A stretch of 63,582 nucleotides of DNA, the filler included, from Reticulomyxa filosa (Eukaryota; Protista; Foraminifera), in assembly GCA_000512085.1 (NCBI GenBank). It is 25 parts of 25 records of this genome, joined end to end, with 100 filler letters (N's around TTAATTAATTAA, not from the genome) between each part and the next. Parts side by side here need not be neighbours in the genome. Positions count along the whole stretch, not along the records: positions 60,387 to 63,582 come from ASPP01007024.1; 24 more parts are not named here. The stretch is one strand, 5' to 3'. The notes under the pieces are model-generated. The model did not search any database. It worked only from the letters and a program-made list of their open reading frames with translations, and was not told the origin of the DNA. Position 1 is the first letter of the stretch, and the number at the start of each line of letters is the position of its first letter. The position numbers and the translations under genes were made by a program. Of this stretch, positions 63,301-63,582 are shown piece after piece.

Positions 63301-63582
63301 AAATTAAAAAAATAATTATTTAACTTTTTTTTTTCTTTTTATTTATATGATGGAAACTTAATACGTTTGATTAAAAAATAAAATGATAATTTCATGCTGC
63401 AACTGATTTTTAAACAATACAATACACTTTTTCCAATTTGTTCATTTTTTTAACATTGTTTAAAATTTCAAATGGACTTCATGTGAACTGAAATAGGTGA
63501 AGTGTTGTTAAAATCACTGGTGATTCTATCGTAGAAGGAACAAACTTATTCGATATCCGTGCCACTTGAATGGAGAGATAGA

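Overview
AT-rich, intron-containing eukaryotic DNA made of 25 contigs joined by 24 artificial 100-bp spacers (44 N + TTAATTAATTAA + 44 N), so adjacency across a spacer carries no biological meaning. The WD40, Kelch-like and HEAT repeat families and the sequence style point to a foraminiferan, most likely Reticulomyxa filosa (inference from family recognition, not a search). Recognisable genes: 5-aminolevulinate synthase, an SDR, probable mitoribosomal mL50, a bromodomain protein, a cytochrome b5 reductase/FNR-type flavoprotein, Sec14/CRAL-TRIO, a PMCA-type Ca-ATPase, a formin GBD/FH3 region, P5C reductase, CAP-Gly, an amino-acid transporter, a LOTUS-domain protein, CCDC148-like, Med18, NDUFA12, aspartate aminotransferase, a PSD-like protein, copine and a TTLL. 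There are also Tc1 and LINE relics and many broken gene copies. Best leads: (1) a spliced homologue of p1, an accessory subunit of the MTA1c/AMT1 DNA N6-adenine methyltransferase complex; (2) many intron acceptors preceded by A-tracts instead of polypyrimidine tracts; (3) an SF1 helicase relic with an inverted motif III and a perfect 32-bp palindrome at Walker B; (4) an inverted-repeat-bounded Tc1 relic carrying an inverted copy of its own flanking DNA; (5) an intact PSD-like gene lacking the catalytic His. All calls come from manual translation and motif recognition. No searches were run, and exon boundaries are approximate unless stated.
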